Notes under the pieces: model-generated | The model's database searches: none | Seen by the model: only the letters and a program-made list of their open reading frames with translations | What the model was told of the DNA's origin: nothing | From: Mobula hypostoma | Taxonomy: Eukaryota | NCBI RefSeq assembly: GCF_963921235.1 | Contig: NC_086118.1 | Location: forward strand, 19,718,001 to 19,782,000 | DNA: 64,000 nt | Direction of reading: 5' to 3' | Made by a program: the position numbers and the translations under genes | Part shown: piece by piece, positions 11,751 to 22,359 of the stretch | Layout: every line of letters begins with the position of its first letter | Numbering within the stretch: position 1 is the stretch's first letter

Positions 11751-12180
11751 AGAAATGAGGGTCCTCAACCCGTGCAGCCTTCTTCTTTATCAAAAAGAAA
11801 GGTGAGTGTCTCCATTCCTTCATTGACAATGGTGGACTCAACAAAATTGCCATTAAGAACCCCTACCCACCACCCTTGATGGATAGAACAATTATAACAG
11901 TCTGCGGGCCCAGATCTTCACTAATCTGGATCTACATAGTACATACAAACTGATCTGTATCTGAGATGCATGGAAGATGGCATTCAAAACACCCTCTGGC
12001 CACTACAAATACTTGGTGATGCCTTTCAGATTTTCCAATAGTCCAGCCATTTTCCAGGCCTTCATTAATAAGATCGTCTGTGACATGCTACACAGGTCCA
12101 CCTTAACAACATCCTCATCTTCTCCAAGGACACCAGAGTCCACATCTGTCTTGACCATTCATTCCTTCAACATGTCATCA

Positions 12181-12465
12181 ATTCCGATGGCCTAACTAGT
12201 GGCAGGAGCAGGCCACAGTGACAAGGTTTCTCATAGGTCAGCGATGATTGCTTAAAAGGAGAGTTTAGCGGGCATTCAGGTACATTCCAACATCCCAATC
12301 TGTGGCAGGAGTAGGCCACAGCAATGATATTTCTCACGGGTTGGCGACGCTTGTTTAAAAGGAAAGTTTTGTGGTGTTCAGGCCCATTCCAACGGCCCAA
12401 TCAGTGGCAGGTGCAGGCCACAGCCACGAGGTTTGTTGCAGGCCAGTGACGCTTGCCTAAGAGTA
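12181..12465 (+). repeat. Three ~102-bp tandem monomers in the CR1 5' UTR
   Basis: attcc..gtggcagg.g.aggccacag units start at 12181, 12284 and 12386; CCAAT in units 2 and 3. Confidence 0.8.
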
Positions 12466-13238
12466 CAGAAGGGAGAAGCAGGACTGTTATTGTTGGGGCA
12501 GCCATTGTTGGGAGTAGGCCAGTGGCGAGAGTAGGAGTGTCAGGCTTTGGCTTAAAGGAGGCTTTGGCTCAAAAGAGACTTTGGCTCTGGGTAAGCTCCT
12601 GTTAAGTTTCCTTTTTTTTCTCACTGTACCTAGTGTGGTAAATGGCTGTTGTGTGCTTTTCATGCTGGATCTTAGAGTCCTGGGAAACCTGGAGTCTCCC
12701 AGGGAGCTACATCTGCATGAAGTGCATCCAGCTGCAGCTCCTTGAAGACCATGTTAGGGATCTGGAGCAGCAGCTGGATGACCTTTGGCTTGCAGAAGAG
12801 AGTGAGGAGATAATCAATTAGAGTTACAGGGAATTAGTCACCCCAAAGTTGCAGCAAGCGAGTAGCTGGGTGACTGTCAGGAAAAATAGAAACGTAAATA
12901 GGCAGTTAACGCAGAGCACCCCTGTGGCTATTCCCCTCAATAATAAGTATAGCATTATGGATACTGTTGTGGGCAATGACCTCCCAGGGGAACGCCATGG
13001 AGACCAGGTTACTGCCAATGAGCAGAGGTCCATGGTGCAGAAGGAAAAATGGGAGAAGAGGGGAGCTGTAGTGATAGGGGACTCAATAATGAGGAGAACA
13101 GACAGGAGATTCAATGTATGTGAACGGGGCACCCAATTGGTATGTTGCCTCCCAGGTGCCAGGGTCGAAGGACGTCTCGGATTGCATCCACAACATTTTT
13201 GGAGAGGGAGGGAGAGCAACCAGATGTCTTGGTACATA

Positions 13239-14393
13239 GTCATAGTCATAGTCATACTTTATTGATCCCGAGGGAAATTGGGTTTTGTTGCAGTTGCACC
13301 ATATATAATTAAATAGTAATAAAACCATAAATAATTAAGTAGTAATATGTAAATTATACCAGGAAATAAGTCCAGGACCAGCCTATTGGCTCAGGGTGTC
13401 TGACCCTCCAAGGGAGGAGTTGTAAAGTTTGATGGCCAGAGGCAGGAATGACTTCCTATGACGTTCAGTGTTGCACCTCGGTGGAATGAGTCTCTGGCTG
13501 AATGTACTCCTGTGCCCAACCAGTACATTATATAGCGGATGGGAGACATTGTCCAAGATGGCATGCAACTTGGACAGCATCCTCTTTTCAGACACCACCG
13601 TCAGAGAGTCCAGTTCCATCCCCACAACATCACTGGCCTTACGAATGAGTTTGTTGACTCTGTTGGTGTCTGCTACCCTCAGCCTGCTGCCCCAGCACAC
13701 AACAGCAAACATGATAGCACTGGCCACCACAGACTCGTAGAACGTCTTCAGCATTGTCCGACAAATGTTAAAGGTTCTCAGTCTCCTCAGGAAATAGAGA
13801 CGGCTCTGACCCTTCTTGTAGACAGCCTCAGTGTTCTTTGACCAGTCCAGTTTATTGTCAATTCGTATCCCCAGGTATTTGTAATCCTCCACCATGTCCA
13901 CACTGACCCCCTGGATGGAAACAGGGGTCACCAGTACCTTAGCTCTCCTCAGGTCTACCACCAGCTCCTTAGTCTTTTTCACGTTAAGCTGCAGATAATT
14001 CTGCTCACACCATGTGACAAAGTTTCCTACCGTAGCCCTGTACACAACCTCATATCCCTTGCTGATGCATCCAACTATGGCAGAGTCATCAGAAAACTTC
14101 TGAAGATGGCAAGACTCTGTGCAGTAGCTGAAGCCCGATGTGTAAATGGTGAAGAGAATGGGAGACAGGACAGTCCCCTGTGGAGCCCCAGTGCTGCTGA
14201 TCACTCTGTCGGACACACAGTGTTGCAAGCACACGTACTGTGGTCTGCCAGTCAGGTAATCAAGAATCCATGACACCAGGAAAGCATCCACCTGCATCGC
14301 TGTCAGCTTCTCCCCCAGCAGAGCAGGGCGGATGGTGTTGAACGCACTGGAGAAGTCAAAAAACATGACCCTCACAGTGCTCGCTGGCTTGTC
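13239..14393 (-). mobile_element. Young 5'-truncated Rex1/Babar LINE (family R1)
   Basis: TSD cata at 13235-13238 and 14394-14397; tail cccgaggg..aataaag(tatgac)n; splits the CR1 esterase VHIGTND motif. Confidence 0.92.
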
Positions 14394-14396
14394 CAT
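13383..14396 (-). pseudogene. Uninterrupted 337-aa C-terminal Rex1 reverse-transcriptase frame (5'-truncated)
   Basis: FFDFSSAFNTI, GAPQGTVLSP, KFSDDSAIVG, YKYLG, QSRLYFLRRL; the ATG is contributed by the junction/TSD. Confidence 0.88.
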
Positions 14397-17300
14397 ATTG
14401 GTACCAATGACATAGGAAGGAAAAGCAAAGAAGTCATGAAAAGAGAATTTAGAGAGCTAGGTAGAAAGCTGAGAATCAAGACCTCTCAGGTAGTAATTCC
14501 TGGATTGCTACCTGTGCCACATGCCAGTGAGGGTAGAAACGGGATGAGTTGGCAGATTAATATGTGGCTGAGAAGCTGGTGCAAGGGGAAAGGCTTCAGC
14601 ATTCTTGGATCATTGAATTCTCTTCTGGGGGAGGTATGACCCGTTTAATAGTGACGGAGGCAGTGATCACAATATGACTGAGTTCAACTTGATATTTGAA
14701 AGGGAGAAAGTAAAATCTGACATAGCAGTATTTTAGTGGAGTAAAGGAAATTACAGCGGTATGGGTTGACCAAAGTAAATTGGCAGGAGATGCTGGCAGG
14801 GATGACAGCAGAGCAGCAATGGTGTGAGTTTCTGGGGAAAATGAGGAAGATACAGAATAGATGTATTCCAAAAACAAAGAAATATTCAAGTGGCAAAATA
14901 GTACCGTGGCTAATAAGGGAAATCAAAGCTACTGTAAAAGCTAAAGAGAGGCATACAACAAAGCAAAACCTTGTGGTAAGACAGAGCATTCGAAAGTTTT
15001 TAAAAACCTACAGAGAGCAACTAAAAGAATCATCAAGATGGAAATATGTAAGCAAGCTAGCAAACAATATCAAAGTGGATAGTAAAAGGCTTTTCAAATA
15101 TGTAAAAATATAAAAGAGAGATGAGAGTAGATATAGGACTGCTAGAAAATGAGGCAGGAGAAATATTAAGGGGTGACAAAGAGATGGCAGATGAACCAAA
15201 TGAGTATATTGCATCAGTGTTCTGCAGTGTGCCAGATGTTGAAGGGTGAAGTACAGTTATTATTACAAGGGAGAAGGTGGTCGAAAAGCTGGAAGACCTA
15301 AGGATACATAAGTCACCTGGACCAGATGAACTGCATGCTAGTGTTCTGAAAGACGTAACAGTAGAGATTGTAGAGGCATTAGTAATGATCATTAGACAAG
15401 ATTGGACAAAGTCAGCATGATTTCCTTAAGGGAAAATCTTGGTTGACAAACCTTTGGAATTTTTTGACGAGATTATAGGTAGGATAGATAGAGGGGATGC
15501 ACTGGATATTGTATATTTGGACTTTCAGAAGGCCTTTCACAAAGGGCATACATGAAGCTGCTTACCAAGTTAAGAGCCTGTGGTATTACAGGAAAGTTAC
15601 TGGCAGGGTCAGATCATCGACTGATTGGTAGGAGGCAATGAGTGGAAACAAAAGGATCCTTTTCTGGTTGGCTGCCAGTGACTAGTGGTGTTCCATAGGG
15701 GTCAATGTTGGGACCGCTTCTTTTTATGCTGTATATCAATGATTTAGATGATGGAATAGATGGCTTTTTTTACCAAGTTTGTAGATGATATGAAGATTGG
15801 TGGAGGAGCAGGTAGTGTTGAAGAAACAGGTAGGCTGCAGGAGGATTTAGACTGATTCAGAGAATAGGCAAGAGAGTAACAATTGAAATATAATGTTGGA
15901 AAATGCATGGTCATACATTTTGGTAGTAGAAGTATATATGTAACATATTTTTTAAATGGGAGAAAATCCAAAAATCTGAGATACAAGGAGACTTGAGAGT
16001 CCTTGTGCAGAACATTCTAAAGGTTACCTTGCAGGTTGAGTCAGTGGTGATGAAGGTAAAGGCAATGTTGGTATTAACTTCAAGAGGTCTGGAATACAAG
16101 AGTAGGGCTGTGATGCTAAGGCTTTATAAGGCACTGGTCAGACCTCACCTTCAGTATTGTGAACAGTTTTGGGCTCCACATCCAAGAAAAGATATGCTGG
16201 CATTGGAGAGGGTTCAGAGGAGGTTCATAAGGACGATTCCAGGAATGAAAGCGTTATCATACAAGGAGTGTTTGATTGCTCTGGGTCTGTACTCACTAGA
16301 ATTTAGACGGATGGGGGGGATTTCATTGAAACCTTTTGAATGTTTAAAGGTGTAGACAGAGTAGATGTGGAAAAGATGTTTCCCATAGTTGGGGAATCTA
16401 AGGCAAGAGGACTCAGCCTCAGGATAGAGGGGTGTCCACATAAAACAGAGATGCAGAAAGAGTTCTTTAGCCAGAAGGTGGTGAATTTGTGGAATTTATT
16501 ACCACAGGCAGCTGTGGAGGGCAGGTCGTTGGGTGCATTTATAGCAGAGCTTGATAGGTTCTTGATTGGACACGGCATCAAAGGTTACTGCAAAAAGGCT
16601 GGGGAGTAGGGTTGAGGAGGGGAAGAAGGATCAGCCATGACTGAATGGCGGAGCAGACTCGATGGGCCAAATGGCCTAATTCTGCTCCTATGTCTTATGG
16701 TCTTATGTCCTCAGAAACCAATTACACAGCAATATAGAAAAATGCTCGTTGCATACGTCAGACATTCCCTTCCTGCATTACATCCTTTTACACCAAGGCA
16801 TAACTGTGGACCCAGAGAAGTGTACATCGTGTTTGAATGGCCCCGACTGTGTTCCCTCAAATAGCTACAGTGCTTCTTGGGTTCTCCAACTTCTACCACC
16901 ATTTCGTCAGAAACTGCAGCTAAATTGCTGCTCCTCTCACTTCCCTCACCGTCACCTACCGCACAAATAACCTGGCCTGCTGCTTCAGACCACACTTTTG
17001 AGGAGCTCAAGAGCTGCTTCACCACCACTCCCATCCTCCACCATTCAAACCCCGCCGGACCTTTTGCGGTAGAGGTGGATGCATCTGACAATAACACCGG
17101 GGCCATCCTCTCCCAGCGAGTAGACAGGAGGACACAACCTTGTGCCACCTTCTCGCGTAAGTTCAACTCTACACAATGACATTATGGAGTGGAGGCAGGG
17201 AGCTACTAGCTATTAAATGGGTCTTGGAGGAATCCAGACATTGGCCCTTCCTGACCAGGACCAGCCACCAGGACCTCACATCCGTACAACAGACCCTCCA

Positions 17301-18615
17301 AATCAACCCACCTCACTCACTGGGCCCTCTTTGAACAAATCAACTTCACCATCTCCTACCGACCTGGTTCCAAGAACACTAATGCGGTCACCCTGTCACG
17401 AGATTTTGATCCAGCTGAAACAGAAAACATCCTTCATCCCATCATTACATCCTCTCATATCCTTGCCCCAATCATCTGAGACCTTGAGAACCAGATCCAC
17501 CAGGTCCTCCGAGGCACACCAGCAGGCCCACACCTCACCCCTCTCCAGCCATGCAGTTACACAACAGACTCCGGATTTTCTGCGACTCCGGTTCTGATGG
17601 CCCACCATGATTGCAGATGTATGTCAGTTTGTCACTGCCTGCCCTCAGTGTTCCCATTCCAATTCCACCAACCAGTGGCCCTCTCGGCTTCTTCTGCTCT
17701 TACCAGTCCCTCGAAACCCGTGGTGCCACATTGCCATAGGTTTCATCACAGGTTTGCCAACTTCCGATGGGGCCACAGTATTCATGTCAGCTCCCTCCTC
17801 TGCACATCAGTGAATCTGTATTCTAGCTATCATAAGGAGACCATCAGGCAGAAAAAGACAATCAACAAGTGGAGAAGTGGAGAAGTTCCTTCAATGCTTC
17901 GCCATCTCTAACCCTTCCACATAAAAAAGTATCTTTTCTGGGCTTAGCTGTCCTACAATCTACAGACCCCCTCTGCCACAGTATGTCACCATTTGAAGTG
18001 CTTCATGGCTACAACCCTTTGCTGTTCCCCGCAGAGGAGCCAACGGTGGAAGTCCCGTCTGACAGGGTCCCGGTTTGCAATGCTTAGAAGGGGATAGAGA
18101 AGGCTATCCTCGGTGCCAATTGCGCCTACTCCTGCAAGGACAACGGCCGGTGGCACCCAGCTGGACTACACAATCCTGGGGACCACGTCTGACTGTTCAC
18201 CCAAGATCTGCCGCTGCACATCGACTCCCGCAAGCCCTCGCCAAGATTCATTCACCCCTTCAAGATTACCCATCACATCTATCTAGTTACTTACCATCTC
18301 CAGCTGCCACCATCCCTCAGGGTCACAGCTACCTTCCACGTGTCGCGCCTCAAGCCCATTACCTGTGGGTCACTCAACCCACCTGAGCCTGCACCTCCAG
18401 GACCAAGTGTGGGGGAAGATGGTCCAGTGTACACGGTTCACCAGTTGATGATTTCACATTGTTGTGGATGGGGTGTGCAGTACTTGGTCAACTGGGAAGG
18501 GTATAGGCAAGAAGAGAGGTCTTGGGTGCCGTCCAGTTACATCTTGGATCCATTACTCTTCAAGGAGTTCCACCACTCACAGCTGGATTGTCCTTGGTCA
18601 TCAGATACCGAATAT

Positions 18616-18630
18616 AGGGTGGGGGGGGGT
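18616..18630 (+). other. Polypurine tract of the Gypsy element
   Basis: agggtgggggggggt immediately before the 3' LTR TG. Confidence 0.75.
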
Positions 18631-18632
18631 GT

Positions 18633-18957
18633 TGTCAGGTTTGCAGTTACAGGCACCTCCCAGTCTCCACCCAACCAATAAGAGTCACCTGCCACTTGTT
18701 TCTATCTCATCACCTGCAGCCTATTTAAACCCAGCTCACGTCCATAACCCTTGTTCACTAATATGAACCAGCCAGCCTCAGCCAATTGCTCCAAGCCTTC
18801 AGTTACCTTGTTTCCTATTGTGTTTAGTATCTGTTATCTCTCATTTTGTGACCCCTTGTGGCTTGTATTTTGCAGTTAATTATTAAAGTTATCACTCACT
18901 ACTGAATTATTTCTACTGTTCTGTTTTTGGCTCAAGTGTTCTCTACATTTCTGGACA
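18633..18957 (+). repeat. 3' LTR of the Gypsy element
   Basis: Starts TGTC, ends GACA; TATA-like tatttaaa and polyA-like attaaa. Confidence 0.9.
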
Positions 18958-19139
18958 GACTTAGCCTCCACTGCCCTCTGAGGTAGAAATTTCTATAGTT
19001 TCACCATCCTCAGAGTAAGTGATTTCTCCTCATCTTCGTCAAAAATGTCTTACCCCATGTTTTGAGATTGTGACATCTGCCTCTGCCGCCTGACATCCAA
19101 ATGATACATGCCCCTTCCTTACAATGAGGACACGCTGGC

Positions 19140-19350
19140 AATTCTTGACAGAAGGTTTAAAATTCAGGGCACATTGATATAAACAAGACAATTGAAGTAT
19201 TAAAAGGGAGATGAGGAAATATTTTCTTCCATGCAGGCAATAAGGGCCAGGTACTGACTAGCAGAAGGGGTGATAGAGGAGTAGACTGCTCACTGTCACC
19301 TGAGCAGCGGTAGCCTACAGGGCTACAAACCAAGTGCTGAATATGTAATT
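19140..19350 (+). mobile_element. Very old CR1 3' fragment
   Basis: Degenerate cttgacagaaggtttaaaatt..gggagatgaggaaatattttcttc..gggctac. Confidence 0.4.
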
Positions 19351-19589
19351 AGTACGACAAGTATTTTATTTGGCAACTTGTTGTGATTTGTTTTGATTTA
19401 GTAAGTGCTTCATCTGAAAGTAATAGCAGGAACTTGCAGACAACTGATTAACCAGTGAGATGTACAAAATACAAAAGGCGGGTCATTTTGAATATGAGTA
19501 GTCCCTAGAGTACTCATTATCCATTCACTGACCTTATGTTGAAATGTGCTACCTCATTTGACACCGTTAAGGAACAACTTGGTAATTGC

Positions 19590-20150
19590 CATATGAGATT
19601 CTCCATTGGGCAGGGTCAACCATGAATATTGCATCTTACCTGTCTACAATATATGCAAGCCAGGGTAGTACAATATGGAGAGTAAGCTATTGCCCATGCA
19701 GATGATGAATCCATAGGAATGATAGAGACTGATAATCAGATTTTGACACTAGCAATGTTGCAGGAGTTGCCAGTCAGCATTGAACTCAATACAGGACTGC
19801 TTTAGGGACCCCAGCTCTTGGTTTTTCCTTGGGATTTTCACCTGAACCCTTTCCCATGAGTGGGTATGGCTCCAAGGCGGCAGATATTTGAGATCAGACC
19901 TTTTCTTCCCTGAGATGAGCTGCCAATCATGGCTGACGAAACCCATCTGCCTGAAGTGACTGGATTTAAGGTGCCAGGAATCACCTTTGCCCCTTCTCCT
20001 GTCAGTAGAAATTGTCCTGACAGGCTTTGTAGCTAAGCCACACGTGAAGGCCAGGAGCTGGACATAGTTGTCAGAAGCTATTATAGATGCACACTATTTG
20101 AAGCATTTATTAGGTAGTGAAAGATAATCTCTACTACCTCTCCCACCTAT
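19590..20150 (-). mobile_element. Probable RTE-related 5' UTR or non-autonomous element
   Basis: Recalled resemblance of motifs (caatatggagagtaagctattgcccatgcag; tagctaagccacacgtgaaggccaggagctggac) to RTE-type leaders; no ORF. Confidence 0.35.
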
Positions 20151-20282
20151 GACAATCTTATGGAACAGAAGCGCCTCTTACATACCCTCTGAATGGAATG
20201 AAGAGTGTTGTCAAAGTGGACAAAATGAAAGATTTAAAAGATGCCAGATGAGTAGAAAACAATAGAGGTAGGTGGAATATAA

Positions 20283-20574
20283 TAAGACCATAAGATGTAG
20301 GAGGAGAATTAGGTTATTGGACTTATTGAGTTTCTTCGTCATTCCTTCATGGAGATTTTTTTTCCATTCTCCTGCCTACTCCCCATAGCTTTTGACATTC
20401 ATACTAATTAAGAATATATTAACCCCAACTTTAAATATACCCAGTGACCTGGCCTCCACAGCCACTTATGGTTAAAAATTCTACAGATTCACCACCCTCG
20501 AGCTAAAAAAAATTCATCCTCATCTGTTTTAAAGAGATGTCTTTCTATTCTGAGAATGTGCCCTCTGGTCCTAG
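20283..20574 (-). mobile_element. CR1 3' end
   Basis: Antisense tail taagaccataag; TRGHILRIERHLFKT frame. Confidence 0.8.
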
Positions 20575-21209
20575 TGTCATGGTCCGGTCCGTGAAGTCCA
20601 GATTCCAGTTCATGGTCCGGTCCATCGTTCCTTATTCCAGGTTTTCTGGTTTCCCCTTTTTCTGTTGGGTGCTTTAATTGAAGCACATGATTCTGATTTT
20701 GGGCTGCTACATAAACAGCTCCTGGGTTGAGCTTCTTTTGCTGGACTTCTCCCTTCCCTTCACCTTCCTCCTGGAACACTGCCTGAAGCCTTGCCTCTAA
20801 CCCTTGCCTGCACCGCTGACAATTTCAACTGCTGGAGCAACATAAGGAACTGTCTATCGTTGTTTTGAACTGTCTCTGTCTCCATGCCTTCTCTAGGTAG
20901 GTCTGGCCGTTTGCCGCTACCTAGTGTTGGGAACTGTCTCTCTGTGTTCAGCATTCTGCGTATGAGTCCCGGCCCTACGTCCTGTTCCCAAGGAGGGGTC
21001 CCGGCTCTGTGTTCCATGTCCCTGCGTTCCTGCGTCTCCCTCAACCAAGGCTTGTCTTTGCCTAGTTCCGGAGTTCGAGCCTGAGTCAAGACCCAGGTTC
21101 GGGGCCCTTGTCCAGCCTCTGGCTTGGGGTGCTTGTCCAGGTTCCAAGTTCCTAGTTCCTCATCCAGGTCCTGCTTTCCTAGTCAAGTCCTAGCCCAAGT
21201 CTGTGTTCA
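20575..21209 (+). repeat. Probable LTR (Gypsy-type), 3' end not recovered
   Basis: Abrupt start TGTCATGG interrupting a CR1; TATA-like cataaa; internal short repeats (gaactgtct x3); no TSD found. Confidence 0.5.
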
Positions 21210-21297
21210 GATGGATCAGCCATGATGAAATGATGGAGAAGACTCATTGGGCCAAATGGCCTAATTCTGCTCCTATGTCTTATGGTCTTATGGTCTA
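21210..21297 (+). mobile_element. CR1 3' tail fragment
   Basis: ggatcagccatgat..ggcctaattctgctcctatgtcttatggtcttatggtct, as at 16628-16704. Confidence 0.8.
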
Positions 21298-21520
21298 ACT
21301 CTCCTAATGTGGCCAAGTCCTTCTGCAGCCTTCCTACTTCCTGAACACTCTCTGCCCTGCCACCTATCTTTGTATCATCCACAAACTGGGCTACAAAACT
21401 ATCAAATTCTTCATCCAGATCATTAATATATAACATGAAAAGAAGCAGTCCCAACATCAACCCCTGCGGAACACCATTGGTCACCAACAGACAACCAAAT
21501 AGGGGAATCCTTTATTCCCA
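21298..21520 (-). mobile_element. CR1 RT fragment
   Basis: VTNGVPQGLMLGLLLFMLYINDLD..QFVDDTKIGG. Confidence 0.85.
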
Positions 21521-22358
21521 ACAACACGCACAAAATGCTGGAGGAACTCAGCAGGCCAGCAAGCATCTAGGGAAAAAGGTGCAGTTGACATTTCAGGCTA
21601 AGACCCTTCAGCAGGACAAGAGAAAAAGAAGATAAGTTGGAGGTTTAAAGGTGGGGGAAGGGGAGAGAGAAATACAAGGTGAAACTGGGAGAGGGAGAAA
21701 TGAAGTAAAGAGCTGGGAAGTTGATTGGTGAAAGAGATGCAGGGCTGGAGAAGGGGGAGTCTGATAGGAGAGGACAGAAGGCCATGGAAGAAAGAAAAGG
21801 AGTGAGGAGCACCAGAGGGAGGTGATGGGCAAGCAAAGAGATAAGGTGAGAGAGAGAAAGGGGGATGGGGAATGATGAAAGTGGGGGAGGGGCATAACCT
21901 AAGTTTGAGAAGTCAATGTTCATGCCATCAGGTTGGAGGCTACACAGAAGGAATAAAAGGTGCTGTTCCTCCAACCTGAGTGTGGCTCCATCGCGACTGT
22001 AGAAGAAGCCATGGATTGCCACATTGGAATGGGAAAGGGAAGTTGAGTTAAAATGGGTGGCCACTGGGAGATCCTGCTTCTTCTGGCAGATGGAGTGCAG
22101 GTGCTCGGCAAGGTGGTCTCCCAATCTACGTCGGGTCTCACAGATATACACAAGACCACACCAGCAGCTCCGCACACAGTATGTGACCCCCAACAGATTC
22201 ACAGATGAAGTGTCGCCTCACCTGGAAGGAGTTTTGAGGCCCTGAATGATAGTGAGGGAACAGAAGTAGGGGCAGGTGTAGCATTTGTTCCACTTGCAAG
22301 GATAGGAGCTAGGAGGGAGATCAGTGAGAGGGGAGAACAGTGCCAGGAGGGAGATCAT
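21521..22358 (-). mobile_element. Penelope-like element 3' part with GIY-YIG endonuclease and terminal repeat
   Basis: ORF 21645-22202 GVTYCVRS..LVYICETRRRLGDHLAEH..PVATHFN..LQPDGMNIDFSN; degenerate hammerhead near 21580-21618. Confidence 0.88.
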
Positions 22359-22359
22359 T

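Larger units (their letters stand above)
12181..16704 (+). mobile_element. CR1 LINE with its 5' UTR, internally deleted, inserted into Gypsy RT
   Basis: ORF1 ATG ~12642, GAVVIGDS esterase, RT fragments and tail tcttatggtcttatg; TSD atgtcatca (12172-12180) / atgtcctca (16705-16713); deletions near 14650 and 15390. Confidence 0.9.
11840..18600 (+). pseudogene. Gypsy pol remnant (RT 11840-12180 resuming at 16714, RNase H, integrase, chromodomain)
   Basis: [70 protein letters not shown]; chromodomain YTVHQLMISH..QYLVNWEGYRQEERSWVP. Confidence 0.88.
10579..18957 (+). mobile_element. Ty3/Gypsy chromovirus (Sushi-like) LTR retrotransposon, decayed
   Basis: Two related LTRs, gag, RT, RNase H, integrase, chromodomain and PPT in canonical order; interrupted by CR1 12181-16704. 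Confidence 0.92.
10415..19075 (-). mobile_element. Old CR1 3' end split by the Gypsy insertion (halves 10415-10576 and 18958-19075)
   Basis: ..aaaagtattcatgac | gacttagcctccactgccctctgaggtagaaa.. rejoins into a continuous antisense CR1 3' sequence like 20283-20574. Confidence 0.7.

Noticed and set aside
12181..12465. CRISPR-like repeat array
   Set aside because: Whole units are degenerate tandem copies with no unique spacers; eukaryotic LINE context and no cas genes.
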